From a virus: DNA of 64,000 bases. The notes below the pieces were generated by a model. It saw only the letters and a list, made by a program, of their open reading frames with translations, was not told where the DNA came from and did no database searches. The DNA is taken from positions 96,001 to 160,000 of IMG/VR virus record IMGVR_UViG_3300021197_001787. One strand, given 5' to 3'. The translations under genes and the position numbers were made by a program. Of this stretch, positions 24,401 to 32,387 are shown one piece after another (position 1 is the stretch's first letter; the number at the start of each line of letters is the position of its first letter).

Positions 24401-24865
24401 TGCCTTGACTGCTTTCATAAATGTCTTGCGCCAAGTGCCGGCGGGCTTTGCCCACGCTTGCTTTATATTATCTGCAACAAATGCGATCTTCTTGTTTTGC
24501 TCGATGGTTTCGTCGTCGTATTGCACGCGAGTTGATGGTTCGCGTACCATTCCATCAACAGTATAGGGAGTGATGGTGCGTGCTTGGACTGGGCTATGTG
24601 TGGCGCGTGGAAGCTGTATCTGGTCTTCAAAGTTACGCTCCATGAAGCTCAGCCAGTTCTGTTGAGTGCTGTCAATGTAGCCGGGGTTGCCCAGCTTGTG
24701 TTCTTTCCAGTTATTGCCTGCGTACATCTTTGACTTCTCGGGAGCATTCGGCATGCCTTCCTCAATAAAGTCAATGATGACCTCGGGCAAGCCGATGTCT
24801 CGTAGCCCCTCCGTTAAAACTTCTTCCTGTAAATACTTAAACCAATTGCCTGTAGAAATGTCCAT
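21467..24865 (-). CDS. Large multidomain protein (PcfJ-like N-terminal part, acidic core, ParB/Srx-like C-terminus)
   Basis: EGERMGHC...VSLR...YQIKGRSN resembles PcfJ-like domains; C-terminal GPQTPVYV...KITGN...YAMKSGLEELPV resembles ParB/Srx without the HR motif. Confidence 0.6.
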   Translation of the reverse strand: MDISTGNWFKYLQEEVLTEGLRDIGLPEVIIDFIEEGMPNAPEKSKMYAGNNWKEHKLGNPGYIDSTQQNWLSFMERNFEDQIQLPRATHSPVQARTITPYTVDGMVREPSTRVQYDDETIEQNKKIAFVADNIKQAWAKPAGTWRKTFMKAVKALSKAGLPSEKVEVVKDELQRNMLAQWRVYWGRYNELFSWLNDEPANYELIKGDDIDNAYNTAMQDLENQEDPDNILHTFDDGSYWYNLQVSNCSVEGERMGHCGSDSRGVLVSLRKRQGKRKASSSYVTMTWDSDTLYQIKGRSNDAPPYEMWDHIEWFIRNFDISSVQETGEHSNDEEGFREMIEYLQTRNRDVNFTGAVDEDAIQEAIDEVVNDYDGENSSIYGELSGPEDHGGDYYSVQMNGDGSLEINLGWPGFELRNNEYTPTIAADDTTQDDRYETIPENTWGGEARDFTSELDLDEIGYHLPGETEVEWEVKMLTGAQPDDEDIDPDYPATAHLIVSFRCYEYDAVEDEDDARRIAENFASEVQTGFEEKYSEIKEEIRTKLAQEGYSVKTAYDRDRGEMSEYELDHWNIYTDKSGLEFWFRPESSADTLVEYGDMPMILKMWGQNPDSGHIDHLYSRAFGAAAPGFARSVARYGSPDLDRNMARSLERMYKKTKQANAAGQKQLPFGDKYAAKHVPIVLAKDSRFVVVGAASYNNRGQGSGAYPVMPIGWRYTIGVDSSASPEEVQTVKDIVRYFNANPQLVMDAAKETINTALEGSVSLAEATKADVMSGKAVLAAIRNIDSMYTGRAEGNDLARRAIMIATWINQNFEQMSEAEKHVAWYQYISPIRNQRFNMARNGDIEPEGDDAGKPYSWDAYVQEQLRRMRAPASVVQSYGGVQNESVEQQIDRIDNLLNELIEVRRYKMHIELSLETTQKSSIEDYKDVIRGCKGVTTVQTISTRKVAGKTMALLSLKFVLKAQEARKIYIEQLFLPYIRGIAGLNIGPAGYSFPEEVKKIREANAGLNNALNARNGRPQPTPRMSVQKVAQDWMDGGVMAYDMPMNTQNMGYHVMVPVSELKPYCSRVFRAPGDAFDGGYKNFIKNGPQTPVYVAVGQNGRIKITGNEDDVWYAMKSGLEELPVFFSYQKQV

Positions 24866-24906
24866 GCTTAAACTCCGTCACTATAAATAGTTGTTTTTGT
24901 GGGTAT

Positions 24907-25665
24907 CTACACAAATGGTGAGGTCTTTAATAATTCTGCTGTATCTTTCCAGCTTTCAACCTCGTAAGCTGCTCCATTTGGGTGTTCCTTGAGCTTTTCC
25001 GCTAAAGGGTAATCATTACCGGGGAAAGGGATCCTGTCACCCACAAAGTGAATCTGATTGTGTTCAAGGGATTCTTTGAAGTACCTATTAATTATTTGAG
25101 ATTTATCATTGCCTTTGTTAAAAATATCAATACTCACTGCGCCGCCAATAACAAAGTCTAAAGTTTTGTATTTTTCTTTTAGTTTGCTTACAATTTCTTT
25201 CCGTTCTTCCTTCTCAGCATCCCACAATTCATATTCTTTGCGCTGGTCCTGGTTGGCGTTGCGACCAACAATAGAAAAGTTAATCATGCCGACGCGCTCT
25301 TCGTGATGGCGGCCAGTTTTGGTGGGAAAATCTGATTTAGTCACGATTGAGTCCAGTCTTCTTGTGAGGTTTTTTGGGGAAACAAATTTATTCTCATAAA
25401 TTAATTCCCACTCGTTAAAACCAGTACTGTTAACGGGTTCAGGTTTTTGTAAAAATGCATTTCCCATGCATGCAAAAACACCAGACGTTCCATCAATAAC
25501 ATCCATGCCAACTTGGCCTAGTATTCTCTCAAAAGTGCCACCCGAAACAATATAAACCTCTTTACCTATCATCCATTTGAGGAATTGCCCCTGGAACACA
25601 GGATCAATTTTTTGTTTGGCTACGGTCAAAGTACCGTCAACGTCAAAGAGGTAAATATCACTCAT
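24907..25665 (-). CDS. Phosphomannomutase, eukaryote-type (HAD-IIB)
   Basis: LFDVDGTLT, ERVGMINFSIVGRNA, GGAVSIDIF.KG.DK, IHFVGD...GNDY match the PMM1/2-Sec53 pattern. Confidence 0.85.
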   Translation of the reverse strand: MSDIYLFDVDGTLTVAKQKIDPVFQGQFLKWMIGKEVYIVSGGTFERILGQVGMDVIDGTSGVFACMGNAFLQKPEPVNSTGFNEWELIYENKFVSPKNLTRRLDSIVTKSDFPTKTGRHHEERVGMINFSIVGRNANQDQRKEYELWDAEKEERKEIVSKLKEKYKTLDFVIGGAVSIDIFNKGNDKSQIINRYFKESLEHNQIHFVGDRIPFPGNDYPLAEKLKEHPNGAAYEVESWKDTAELLKTSPFV

Positions 25666-26000
25666 CGCTCGTAGTCATCCGCGAGCCTAACAACATCACT
25701 GAGGTGTGGTGTCGATACCTCCATTAACCTAACGTATTCTTTGCCAGCACCAAAACGGTGTACTTGGTTGGGCTTAACGTGGTATGTTGCGCCAGTGGGG
25801 TACTTTTCAGGGGGGCCATCTTCATCGGTCCAATTCAGCAGAGTCCCCTCAAGCACATATACTGTTTCTTCTTTTGTTACATGGTACTGAAGCGATAATC
25901 GCTGTTTTGGATTAATATGCAGCATTTTAGCAACATAGTCTTCCGTTTCGGCCCATATGTGTTCAAAACCCCAAGGCTTTTCTACAACTCTTTTTTTCAT
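25662..26000 (-). CDS. Cupin, mannose-6-phosphate isomerase type II C-terminal-like
   Basis: EKPWG...LSLQYH..KEE...H...MEVSTP..DVVRL.DDY.R. Confidence 0.8.
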   Translation of the reverse strand: MKKRVVEKPWGFEHIWAETEDYVAKMLHINPKQRLSLQYHVTKEETVYVLEGTLLNWTDEDGPPEKYPTGATYHVKPNQVHRFGAGKEYVRLMEVSTPHLSDVVRLADDYER

Positions 26001-26001
26001 A

Positions 26002-26379
26002 TTATCTCCAAAATAATTGTATCCCTACGATCAAAAACGACAATAAAATGCATAACATTGTTTTTGTTGTAAACATAGTTTCGTTCAACAGCCACCATGT
26101 CAGCACAGGGAAAGTAAAGTAAGAGGCGCCAAAGCCAAGCATTCTGGCTGTCCAAGCTGCGTTCGTTGCATCAACCGCAATCTTCGTTCCATACCAGAAC
26201 ATAACACTGGCGGGGATTCCAAAGATTATAGCAGCATGGAATGGCTTACCTTCCCACCAAGTCCAGATGTAATGCGAGTAACACTGGAACCAAACGCAGG
26301 CCTGTGCTGTCGCAAAAAGTGCAAAAGTTTTAGCTAATTCAATAGTTGGCAAGTATAACCTCCTTCGCTGAATCTTCAC
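26002..26379 (-). CDS. Small multi-pass membrane protein
   Basis: About four hydrophobic segments. Confidence 0.65.
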   Translation of the reverse strand: MKIQRRRLYLPTIELAKTFALFATAQACVWFQCYSHYIWTWWEGKPFHAAIIFGIPASVMFWYGTKIAVDATNAAWTARMLGFGASYFTFPVLTWWLLNETMFTTKTMLCILLSFLIVGIQLFWR

Positions 26380-27103
26380 GACTTGTGATTCTGCCGTATT
26401 GGTCTAATAAAATTGTTGTTGGAAAGTGTTGATACATTTTAATGATTCGTGGGTGGTAAACATAATCTAAAATTACTTTTTTGTCAAATGTTTTTAACTT
26501 CTCGCATAAATTAGCGTGGTGAACACGTGTTTCTTCAAAGCCTTTATTGATGCCATCATCTAAAAAGTTATAGCTAAAACGACCTGCTGGGATGTAAATG
26601 TAATCAGCATCAGTATCTTGAGTCACCGTATCAACAAAATCAATATCACCGTTCCAAGCAACGTCAAAATTAGTTTTTTTAAATCTCTTGATGTAGTTTA
26701 TAGCTAATGGGTTAAAGTTTTTACTGTCAAGTATTCCAGATTGAATCATGCCCTCCGAAGAGCATCTGTTTAAAATAAAAAACATCGCGGCTCTAACTAA
26801 GTGATCAGAAAACGAACGAAACCTAGTTTGATACACATCAAAAAGTTTTTCATCCTCAATAGGCCAAAAATGGTTAACAGCGTTAACAATAGTTTCAGGC
26901 GAATCAAACATACTTCTCCAAAAATCGTAAATAACATAGCTAGTAGTATGACTGAGGACATGCCGTCCAGATACACCTAGATTTATCTCGGTATTTCCGC
27001 CATATAAAAGATAAGTATCGACTTTTGAATCAATAGGAATTATCTCTTTTAGCAAAGACAGAGATTTAGGAGAAAATCTTAAATCTTTAATCGGCGAATT
27101 CAT
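26339..27103 (-). CDS. Dam/D12-class adenine methyltransferase homolog, degenerate catalytic motif
   Basis: RAAMFFILNRCSSEG and KEVILANY are Dam-like, but DPPY is replaced by YIPAGRF. Confidence 0.65.
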   Translation of the reverse strand: MNSPIKDLRFSPKSLSLLKEIIPIDSKVDTYLLYGGNTEINLGVSGRHVLSHTTSYVIYDFWRSMFDSPETIVNAVNHFWPIEDEKLFDVYQTRFRSFSDHLVRAAMFFILNRCSSEGMIQSGILDSKNFNPLAINYIKRFKKTNFDVAWNGDIDFVDTVTQDTDADYIYIPAGRFSYNFLDDGINKGFEETRVHHANLCEKLKTFDKKVILDYVYHPRIIKMYQHFPTTILLDQYGRITSREDSAKEVILANY

Positions 27104-27779
27104 TTTCTTGAAGTTTGTTCTTTAAGTTTTCAAGCTTTGTGCCAAGATTATGGACATCTGTAAGATCAATATCATTAATTTCGGAAAGCATCCGGTGCGC
27201 GTACTCCGGGGTCATTTTAGCTGGATCTTGCTGTGAAGTCAGCTCCTGGATCTGTTGACTTACAGCCTTAATCCTGTCAACATCAATTTCTGTACCTTCG
27301 GTGTCTCGATCCTGTTGCAATTTTTCTGCTAGTAGCTGTTTCTGTGTTTTTAAAGGCGGCATGATACTTTGCATTTCTGGTTCGTTCGCAACGTCTCCTT
27401 CAAGATTTGCGAAGCGTGCAAGTAAATCTTGTGCCTGCTCGGGCGTCAATGTGGAAGGATCAAAGCTAGAAATATCTGGCACGAGCTGCGCAGCTAGTTC
27501 TTCTGGTGTAGCAGATTGCCTCAGTTGATGCTCCTCTTGTTGATACTGAACGTATCCATCAATTATTGCATGAACATCATCTAACATCACATCAATACTC
27601 GCTAGTTCTTGCCTTAAGCCACTAATCTCATTGATTGTGTTAACTGTCATCAACGAGGCCATGTCTGGCACGCTAGCGACAATGGAAGTGAGTCTAGATA
27701 TAGACTTACCAAGAATTCGCGCGGTTTCCGGTGCAAGCTCATTTTCATCAATTGTATATTGAAGTTTTATCTTTTTCAT
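27087..27779 (-). CDS. Hypothetical coiled-coil protein
   Basis: 230-aa ORF. Confidence 0.7.
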   Translation of the reverse strand: MKKIKLQYTIDENELAPETARILGKSISRLTSIVASVPDMASLMTVNTINEISGLRQELASIDVMLDDVHAIIDGYVQYQQEEHQLRQSATPEELAAQLVPDISSFDPSTLTPEQAQDLLARFANLEGDVANEPEMQSIMPPLKTQKQLLAEKLQQDRDTEGTEIDVDRIKAVSQQIQELTSQQDPAKMTPEYAHRMLSEINDIDLTDVHNLGTKLENLKNKLQENEFAD

Positions 27780-27780
27780 T

Positions 27781-28071
27781 TTATCCTCTTAAAATTTGTT
27801 TTTTAGTGTGTAGTGTTTTTTCAATAAGTTCAGGCGAACCAATAACTACAATCTCGGTGCCTGTGTTTCCTTTATCAATAATCAGTTTGGAGAATCTGTG
27901 ATTAATGTCTAATTCCTCACTGATTAATCCTTGTTCATTTATTGTCCGAAAGCGATGTTCCTCCCTGACCATGACCACATGTTCGGGGTTAATAAAGACT
28001 TCGCGTAATGAATATTTCGCGTTGTTCGTAACAGCGCCAGTGCCGCAAACTTCTGTTAATCTAACTAGCAT
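27781..28071 (-). CDS. Hypothetical protein
   Basis: 96 aa; FINPEHVVMVRE resembles FlbD-like small beta proteins (weak). Confidence 0.6.
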   Translation of the reverse strand: MLVRLTEVCGTGAVTNNAKYSLREVFINPEHVVMVREEHRFRTINEQGLISEELDINHRFSKLIIDKGNTGTEIVVIGSPELIEKTLHTKKQILRG

Positions 28072-28270
28072 CTGTCACCATTGGGTATACATCTCTTCTC
28101 TTTACGTTCCATTTGGCATTATTAGCATAAACACGATAAATATATTGACTCAACGTGCTTAAATAAACGCCAGTAATTGGCCTCTCCGTCATTCGTAATC
28201 TCATTCCTCTCTCTGTCTCAATCCACAGTTCAACGTCCTGTGGGATGTGTACTAGATCCCCTTGATTCAT
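28061..28270 (-). CDS. KOW/SH3-like mini-protein (MNQGDLVHIP...)
   Basis: GDLV head; ATGA overlap with groEL stop. Confidence 0.55.
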   Translation of the reverse strand: MNQGDLVHIPQDVELWIETERGMRLRMTERPITGVYLSTLSQYIYRVYANNAKWNVKRRDVYPMVTDAS

Positions 28271-29847
28271 TGCTTGTCCTCCGTCTGTATGATCGCATAA
28301 CCAGTTGTAATCAGTGTGCCGGCACAACTAGCAGCGTTTTGAAGCGCCGTGGTTGTAACTTTAACAGGGTCAATGATACCATTTTCAAACATATTTGTTA
28401 ATTTGTTATTTCTAAAATCCCAACCCATACCATCTTCAGCATTAGTCACTGTGTTGATTAAAACATCAGGCGATTCTCCTGCATTCACGGCCATTTGCCT
28501 AAAGGGAGCCTTGCATGCTTCTGTAATTATAAGCATACCCAAATTTTGATCATCGTGGTTTGTTACAATCTCAACATTTTTGCAAGCCAGAAGTAAAGCT
28601 GTACCACCACCGCCAACAATTCCGCTCTCCTGTGCAGATCTGACTGCCTCTAGGGCATCTTCAATTCTGTGTTTCCGCTCAATCATCTCAACTTCAGTAG
28701 AGCCACCTACAGAAATGATAGCGACTCCCGATGATAGTCTAACTACGCGGCCTTGTAAAACTTCTGCGTCTCCCAGCGAACTGGTATCTTTTATCTGTTG
28801 CTTGATAGACTCAATGCGCTTATCAATCTCATTAAAATCACATTTTCCTCCCACAATCGTTGTGGAATATTTGTTACTTTCTATGGCTCGGGCAGAACCC
28901 AGATCTGAAAGTTTTACGTCGGATAATTTTGTGCCACTCTCTCTTGTAATAAATGTAGCACCCACAGATAAAGCCAGATCATCCAGTAAGTGCCGGCGCT
29001 CTTCTCCGTAGAATGGAGCTTTAATAGCAGCAATCTTTAAGGTGCCGCGCATCGCATTCATGATCATAGCAGCCAGAGCTTGACCCTCGATGTCTTCGGC
29101 TACGATGATGAGAGGGCGACCCTCGCGAGCAATCATTTCCAGTAGTGGCAGGATTGGTTCAACTTGTGAAACCTTATAATCAGTAACCAAAATCAAAGGT
29201 TCTTCATATCCCATTGTGCTTCGTCGATCATCAGTGATAAAGGCAGAAGCACAATATCCAGATTGAAACTTAAACCCTTCCGTAACGTCGATTGATGTCT
29301 GCATCGAACGGGACTCTTCAATAGTTATAGAGCCATCTTCGCCCACCCTATCAATAGCAATAGTAACAATACTTCCAATACTGGGGTCGTTATTGGCAGA
29401 AATCGTAGCAATGTGAGCGATGTCCTCTGCACTCGTAACCGGAGCGGCCATAGACTCCAAATTTTGGCTAATCTCTTGAACTGTAGCATCAATACCTCTC
29501 TTTAATTCAATTGGGGATACACCTGAAGCAATATACTTCTGCGACTCATTAAGGATCGCGCGCGCTAATACGGTAGCTGTGGTGGTGCCATCGCCTGCTG
29601 TGTTGTTCGTCTCAATGGCAGCTTGTTTGATAATCTGACAGCCCGCATTTTCAAAGGGGTCCTCAAACGTCACAAAGTGTGCAACTGTTACTCCATCTTT
29701 AGTGATAAAGGGCGCTTTGCCCTGTTCTTGCAAGATTACATTGCGGCCGCGCGGGCCGAGAGTCGACGCTACATTATCAGCCAGCGTGTTAACTCCATTA
29801 AGAATCTTTTGTTGCAAAGAAGTTTTGTTGTCATATGCTCTACTCAT
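28267..29847 (-). CDS. groEL: Chaperonin GroEL
   Basis: STLGPRGRNV, TKDGVTVA, AGDGTTTAT, GIVGGGG, GIIDPVKV. Confidence 0.97.
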   Translation of the reverse strand: MSRAYDNKTSLQQKILNGVNTLADNVASTLGPRGRNVILQEQGKAPFITKDGVTVAHFVTFEDPFENAGCQIIKQAAIETNNTAGDGTTTATVLARAILNESQKYIASGVSPIELKRGIDATVQEISQNLESMAAPVTSAEDIAHIATISANNDPSIGSIVTIAIDRVGEDGSITIEESRSMQTSIDVTEGFKFQSGYCASAFITDDRRSTMGYEEPLILVTDYKVSQVEPILPLLEMIAREGRPLIIVAEDIEGQALAAMIMNAMRGTLKIAAIKAPFYGEERRHLLDDLALSVGATFITRESGTKLSDVKLSDLGSARAIESNKYSTTIVGGKCDFNEIDKRIESIKQQIKDTSSLGDAEVLQGRVVRLSSGVAIISVGGSTEVEMIERKHRIEDALEAVRSAQESGIVGGGGTALLLACKNVEIVTNHDDQNLGMLIITEACKAPFRQMAVNAGESPDVLINTVTNAEDGMGWDFRNNKLTNMFENGIIDPVKVTTTALQNAASCAGTLITTGYAIIQTEDKQ

Positions 29848-29869
29848 TAATACCTCAAGTTATACCATA

Positions 29870-29898
29870 ATTATATCTCAATACTTAAAATTTGTCAA
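29870..29898 (-). promoter_or_regulatory. sigma70-type promoter of groEL
   Basis: TTGACA-N17-TATAAT, GAGG SD. Confidence 0.85.
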
Positions 29899-29903
29899 GT
29901 ATT

Positions 29904-30566
29904 TTATATAATAATATCTGCAATTCCGTGTTCAACTGCCTCTTCAGCCGAAAGATAGATGTTAACTTTTTCATTTAACATCTTAGTTAATCTTTTTCTA
30001 GACAGCTTGGTGTTTTCAACAAGAGCTGACACGTAGTCATCTTGCAGTTGCTGGATTGCCTCTAATTCATTTGTTAAATTTGGCAAAGAGCCAGCAGTAC
30101 CGCCCATCACATTGTGAATCATAACTCTGCAGTTCTTGCCAATCCTGCGTTTGCCCTTGGAGCCAGCAGCTAAAAGTAATACTCCGGCCGACATAACTTT
30201 GCCTAAACCTATTGTATGTATTTCTGTGTCTTCTTTGACCACATTCATCAAGTCATAGAGGGCGAACATATCGTCTGCGGAACCGCCATACGTAGATATA
30301 TAAAACTCAATAGATTTTTTATCTTCTTCTTCCTTTTGAATTTTGTTAGACTCATTCATGTAAATTAGTGACTGGCATATTTCTGCAATCTTTTCTTGCT
30401 CAACATCGGAAAAGAGGCCAATAACCCTTAAATCTAATTCCATTGGCGATGTCGAGGCGCCAGCTAAAGCATCAGGATCTAGTAAAATTATTCTATCTCC
30501 CATATTTTCTGACTCGGCGCCTTCACTTATTTTTTCTTGAATTTTCTTTATTATCTTGTTTAACAT
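29904..30566 (-). CDS. clpP: ClpP-like protease (paralog 1)
   Basis: FYISTYGG, GKVMSAG (Ser), RVMIHN (His), YLSAEEAVEHGIAD. Confidence 0.9.
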   Translation of the reverse strand: MLNKIIKKIQEKISEGAESENMGDRIILLDPDALAGASTSPMELDLRVIGLFSDVEQEKIAEICQSLIYMNESNKIQKEEEDKKSIEFYISTYGGSADDMFALYDLMNVVKEDTEIHTIGLGKVMSAGVLLLAAGSKGKRRIGKNCRVMIHNVMGGTAGSLPNLTNELEAIQQLQDDYVSALVENTKLSRKRLTKMLNEKVNIYLSAEEAVEHGIADIII

Positions 30567-30577
30567 TTAAGTACCCC

Positions 30578-30985
30578 CTATGATAAAAATGTTTGGGCAA
30601 TTTTTTTATTTGAATTTAAAAAAGCCATTGCTGTTTCCCAATCTTCAAACTCAAGCACTGGTTTGAAGTAATCAGGATGCATTGCAATTATTACTGCAAT
30701 GCTCCTATTCTTAAATAGTTGCATCTCTTCTTCATGAAGCTTCTCGATCTTTTTATAAACATCATCTTCAGGGGTAACGCCACATTTGAGCAACGCGCCA
30801 AGTTTCTGGGTGCCGGCATAGCTATGCTCTTCAACGCATTTTATGAGTATTGATAGACCTACAATGTGTAAAACTTTTAATAATCTTACAGAAATTCTAG
30901 TAGATTTAACAAAATAAAAAGTTTGGCAGGTAACATATCCAAAGATAAATGTTAAAAAATAAAGCGCATACTGCTCAAAGCTCAT
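30578..30985 (-). CDS. Membrane-anchored hypothetical protein
   Basis: N-terminal TM segment; 135 aa. Confidence 0.7.
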   Translation of the reverse strand: MSFEQYALYFLTFIFGYVTCQTFYFVKSTRISVRLLKVLHIVGLSILIKCVEEHSYAGTQKLGALLKCGVTPEDDVYKKIEKLHEEEMQLFKNRSIAVIIAMHPDYFKPVLEFEDWETAMAFLNSNKKIAQTFLS

Positions 30986-30994
30986 AAAAATCCC

Positions 30995-31025
30995 AAAAAA
31001 ATAACCACCGGGTTACGATGGTTAT
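30995..31025 (-). terminator. Intrinsic terminator overlapping a -10 box
   Basis: ATAACCATCG-TAACC-CGGTGGTTAT hairpin followed by T7 on minus strand. Confidence 0.7.
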
Positions 31026-31052
31026 TATAGCAAACAAACAATTGTTTGTCAA
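31024..31052 (-). promoter_or_regulatory. sigma70-type promoter
   Basis: TTGACA-N17-TATAAT immediately after stop of 31056..31724. Confidence 0.8.
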
Positions 31053-31055
31053 GCT

Positions 31056-31724
31056 TTACTTGTTAGTAAGGCGAGTAAAAATACGTTCAGCAAGTTGGTC
31101 AACCATTTCTTGCTTCTTGTTTTCACCTTGCAAGCGTGCTGCTACACGACGAGATACTTCATTAACAATATCGTCTGTGTTGTTTTCCATGTATCTCATT
31201 CCAGGCTCATCCTCGCCTTCGTCATCCATGGTCATATCATCAGCAGCATCTGGTGCGGCTTCATCTCCCAAGTCATCACCTCCTGCCGGGGAATCCACAT
31301 CGTCATCCATCTCCATATCATCCATGCCGGCTTCAGGCTCCGCGGGGCCATCGTCCATCTCAACATCAATGCCTACTAGGTCAGCAAGCTTTTGTACAAG
31401 ATCCATGAATTGATCTTCTTTATCTCCACCCATCTCAGCACCCATGTCGCCCATGTCAGCGTCCATGTCACCCATGTCAGCGTCCATATCGCCCATATCG
31501 GCGCCCATGTCACCCATATCGGCGGCCATGTCGTCCATATCAGCACCTCCGACCTCAAGGTCGTCGGGGCCGGCGGCGTCTTCCTCTTCTTCAGGTGGAA
31601 GTTCTTCTTCCTCCTCGATGGTGGGAGCCCATTCGTTTAATCTCGCGGACCCGATTGGGCCTAAATCAGCGAGCTTCATGAAGCTGCGAATTTCAGCCTC
31701 GGTTAAAAGTGTCTTGCGAGCCAT
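31056..31724 (-). CDS. Highly acidic low-complexity protein (scaffold-like)
   Basis: D/E/M/G-rich core with (ADMGDM[G/D]) repeats flanked by basic helical ends. Confidence 0.7.
   Translation of the reverse strand: MARKTLLTEAEIRSFMKLADLGPIGSARLNEWAPTIEEEEELPPEEEEDAAGPDDLEVGGADMDDMAADMGDMGADMGDMDADMGDMDADMGDMGAEMGGDKEDQFMDLVQKLADLVGIDVEMDDGPAEPEAGMDDMEMDDDVDSPAGGDDLGDEAAPDAADDMTMDDEGEDEPGMRYMENNTDDIVNEVSRRVAARLQGENKKQEMVDQLAERIFTRLTNK
31436..31545 (-). repeat. 21-bp tandem repeat encoding ADMGDM[G/D/A]
   Basis: About five copies of the 7-aa unit; boundaries approximate. Confidence 0.75.
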
Positions 31725-31794
31725 TGTAAATTCTCCTTAAATTAAACTCATTGTTAAATAGTAGTCATCATTGATAAAAGACACAAAATGTTCG

Positions 31795-32043
31795 TCAATC
31801 AGCAAGATCACTTTTCTTTAACTTGTAAAGTGCTTTCTTTTCTATTTGCTTAACGCGAGCAAAAGAAATGCCCAAACGTGCAGCAGTCTCCCGAAGGGTT
31901 AAGTTGCCGTTTTTAAACACGGTTATCAGAACACAATTAAATTCTTCGGGGTAGTCAATAAAATGACGGCAATCTTGTTTCTTGCACATCGACTTTTTCT
32001 TCATGCACACTCTGGAGCACAATTTTAAACCATCGGTTCTCAT
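31795..32043 (-). CDS. Stand-alone sigma70 region-4 HTH protein with Cys-rich N-terminus
   Basis: LTLRETAARLGISFARVKQIEKKALYKLK parallels sigma70 region 4.2 (TLEEVG..F.VTRERIRQIEAKALRKL). Confidence 0.8.
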   Translation of the reverse strand: MRTDGLKLCSRVCMKKKSMCKKQDCRHFIDYPEEFNCVLITVFKNGNLTLRETAARLGISFARVKQIEKKALYKLKKSDLAD

Positions 32044-32387
32044 AGTTCAGGGAACTCCTCGGCGATTAAATCAAATACATCTTCCACTTCATCATCTGAA
32101 AGAGAAAAGTCTTTAATGGTTTGCTTGCCTTTGTCTATCATTTTGGTTGTTTTGGCAATTCTTTCTTTATTCATTTTTTTCTTCTCTGATATGTGTTGCT
32201 GTATAAATGAGAGGATTAATTCGTCGTCATGGTTTACAGCATCAATGACAGCTTTAAAAAATTCTGACTGCGTGAGAGCATTGTGCCTCAATCTTACAAT
32301 TAACTTTGCGTGTTCATGATCAGTGACCTTGAAGACTATTCTCTTTACGTCATTGCCATAGTCAGTAAAATTTTTGCTCATCACCAC
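32040..32387 (-). CDS. Putative ribbon-helix-helix DNA-binding protein
   Basis: KRIVFKVTD strand followed by two helices (...LTQSEFFKAVIDAV). Confidence 0.5.
   Translation of the reverse strand: MVMSKNFTDYGNDVKRIVFKVTDHEHAKLIVRLRHNALTQSEFFKAVIDAVNHDDELILSFIQQHISEKKKMNKERIAKTTKMIDKGKQTIKDFSLSDDEVEDVFDLIAEEFPEL

Noticed and set aside
19404-24891. T4-type late promoter TATAAATA on the plus strand
   Set aside because: It would point away from all genes; reinterpreted as a sense-strand ACTATTTAT motif.
24907-25665. Eukaryotic giant-virus origin suggested by the eukaryote-type PMM
   Set aside because: SD sites, sigma70 promoters, DnaE, GroEL/ES, a peptidoglycan amidase and contractile-tail genes indicate a bacteriophage.
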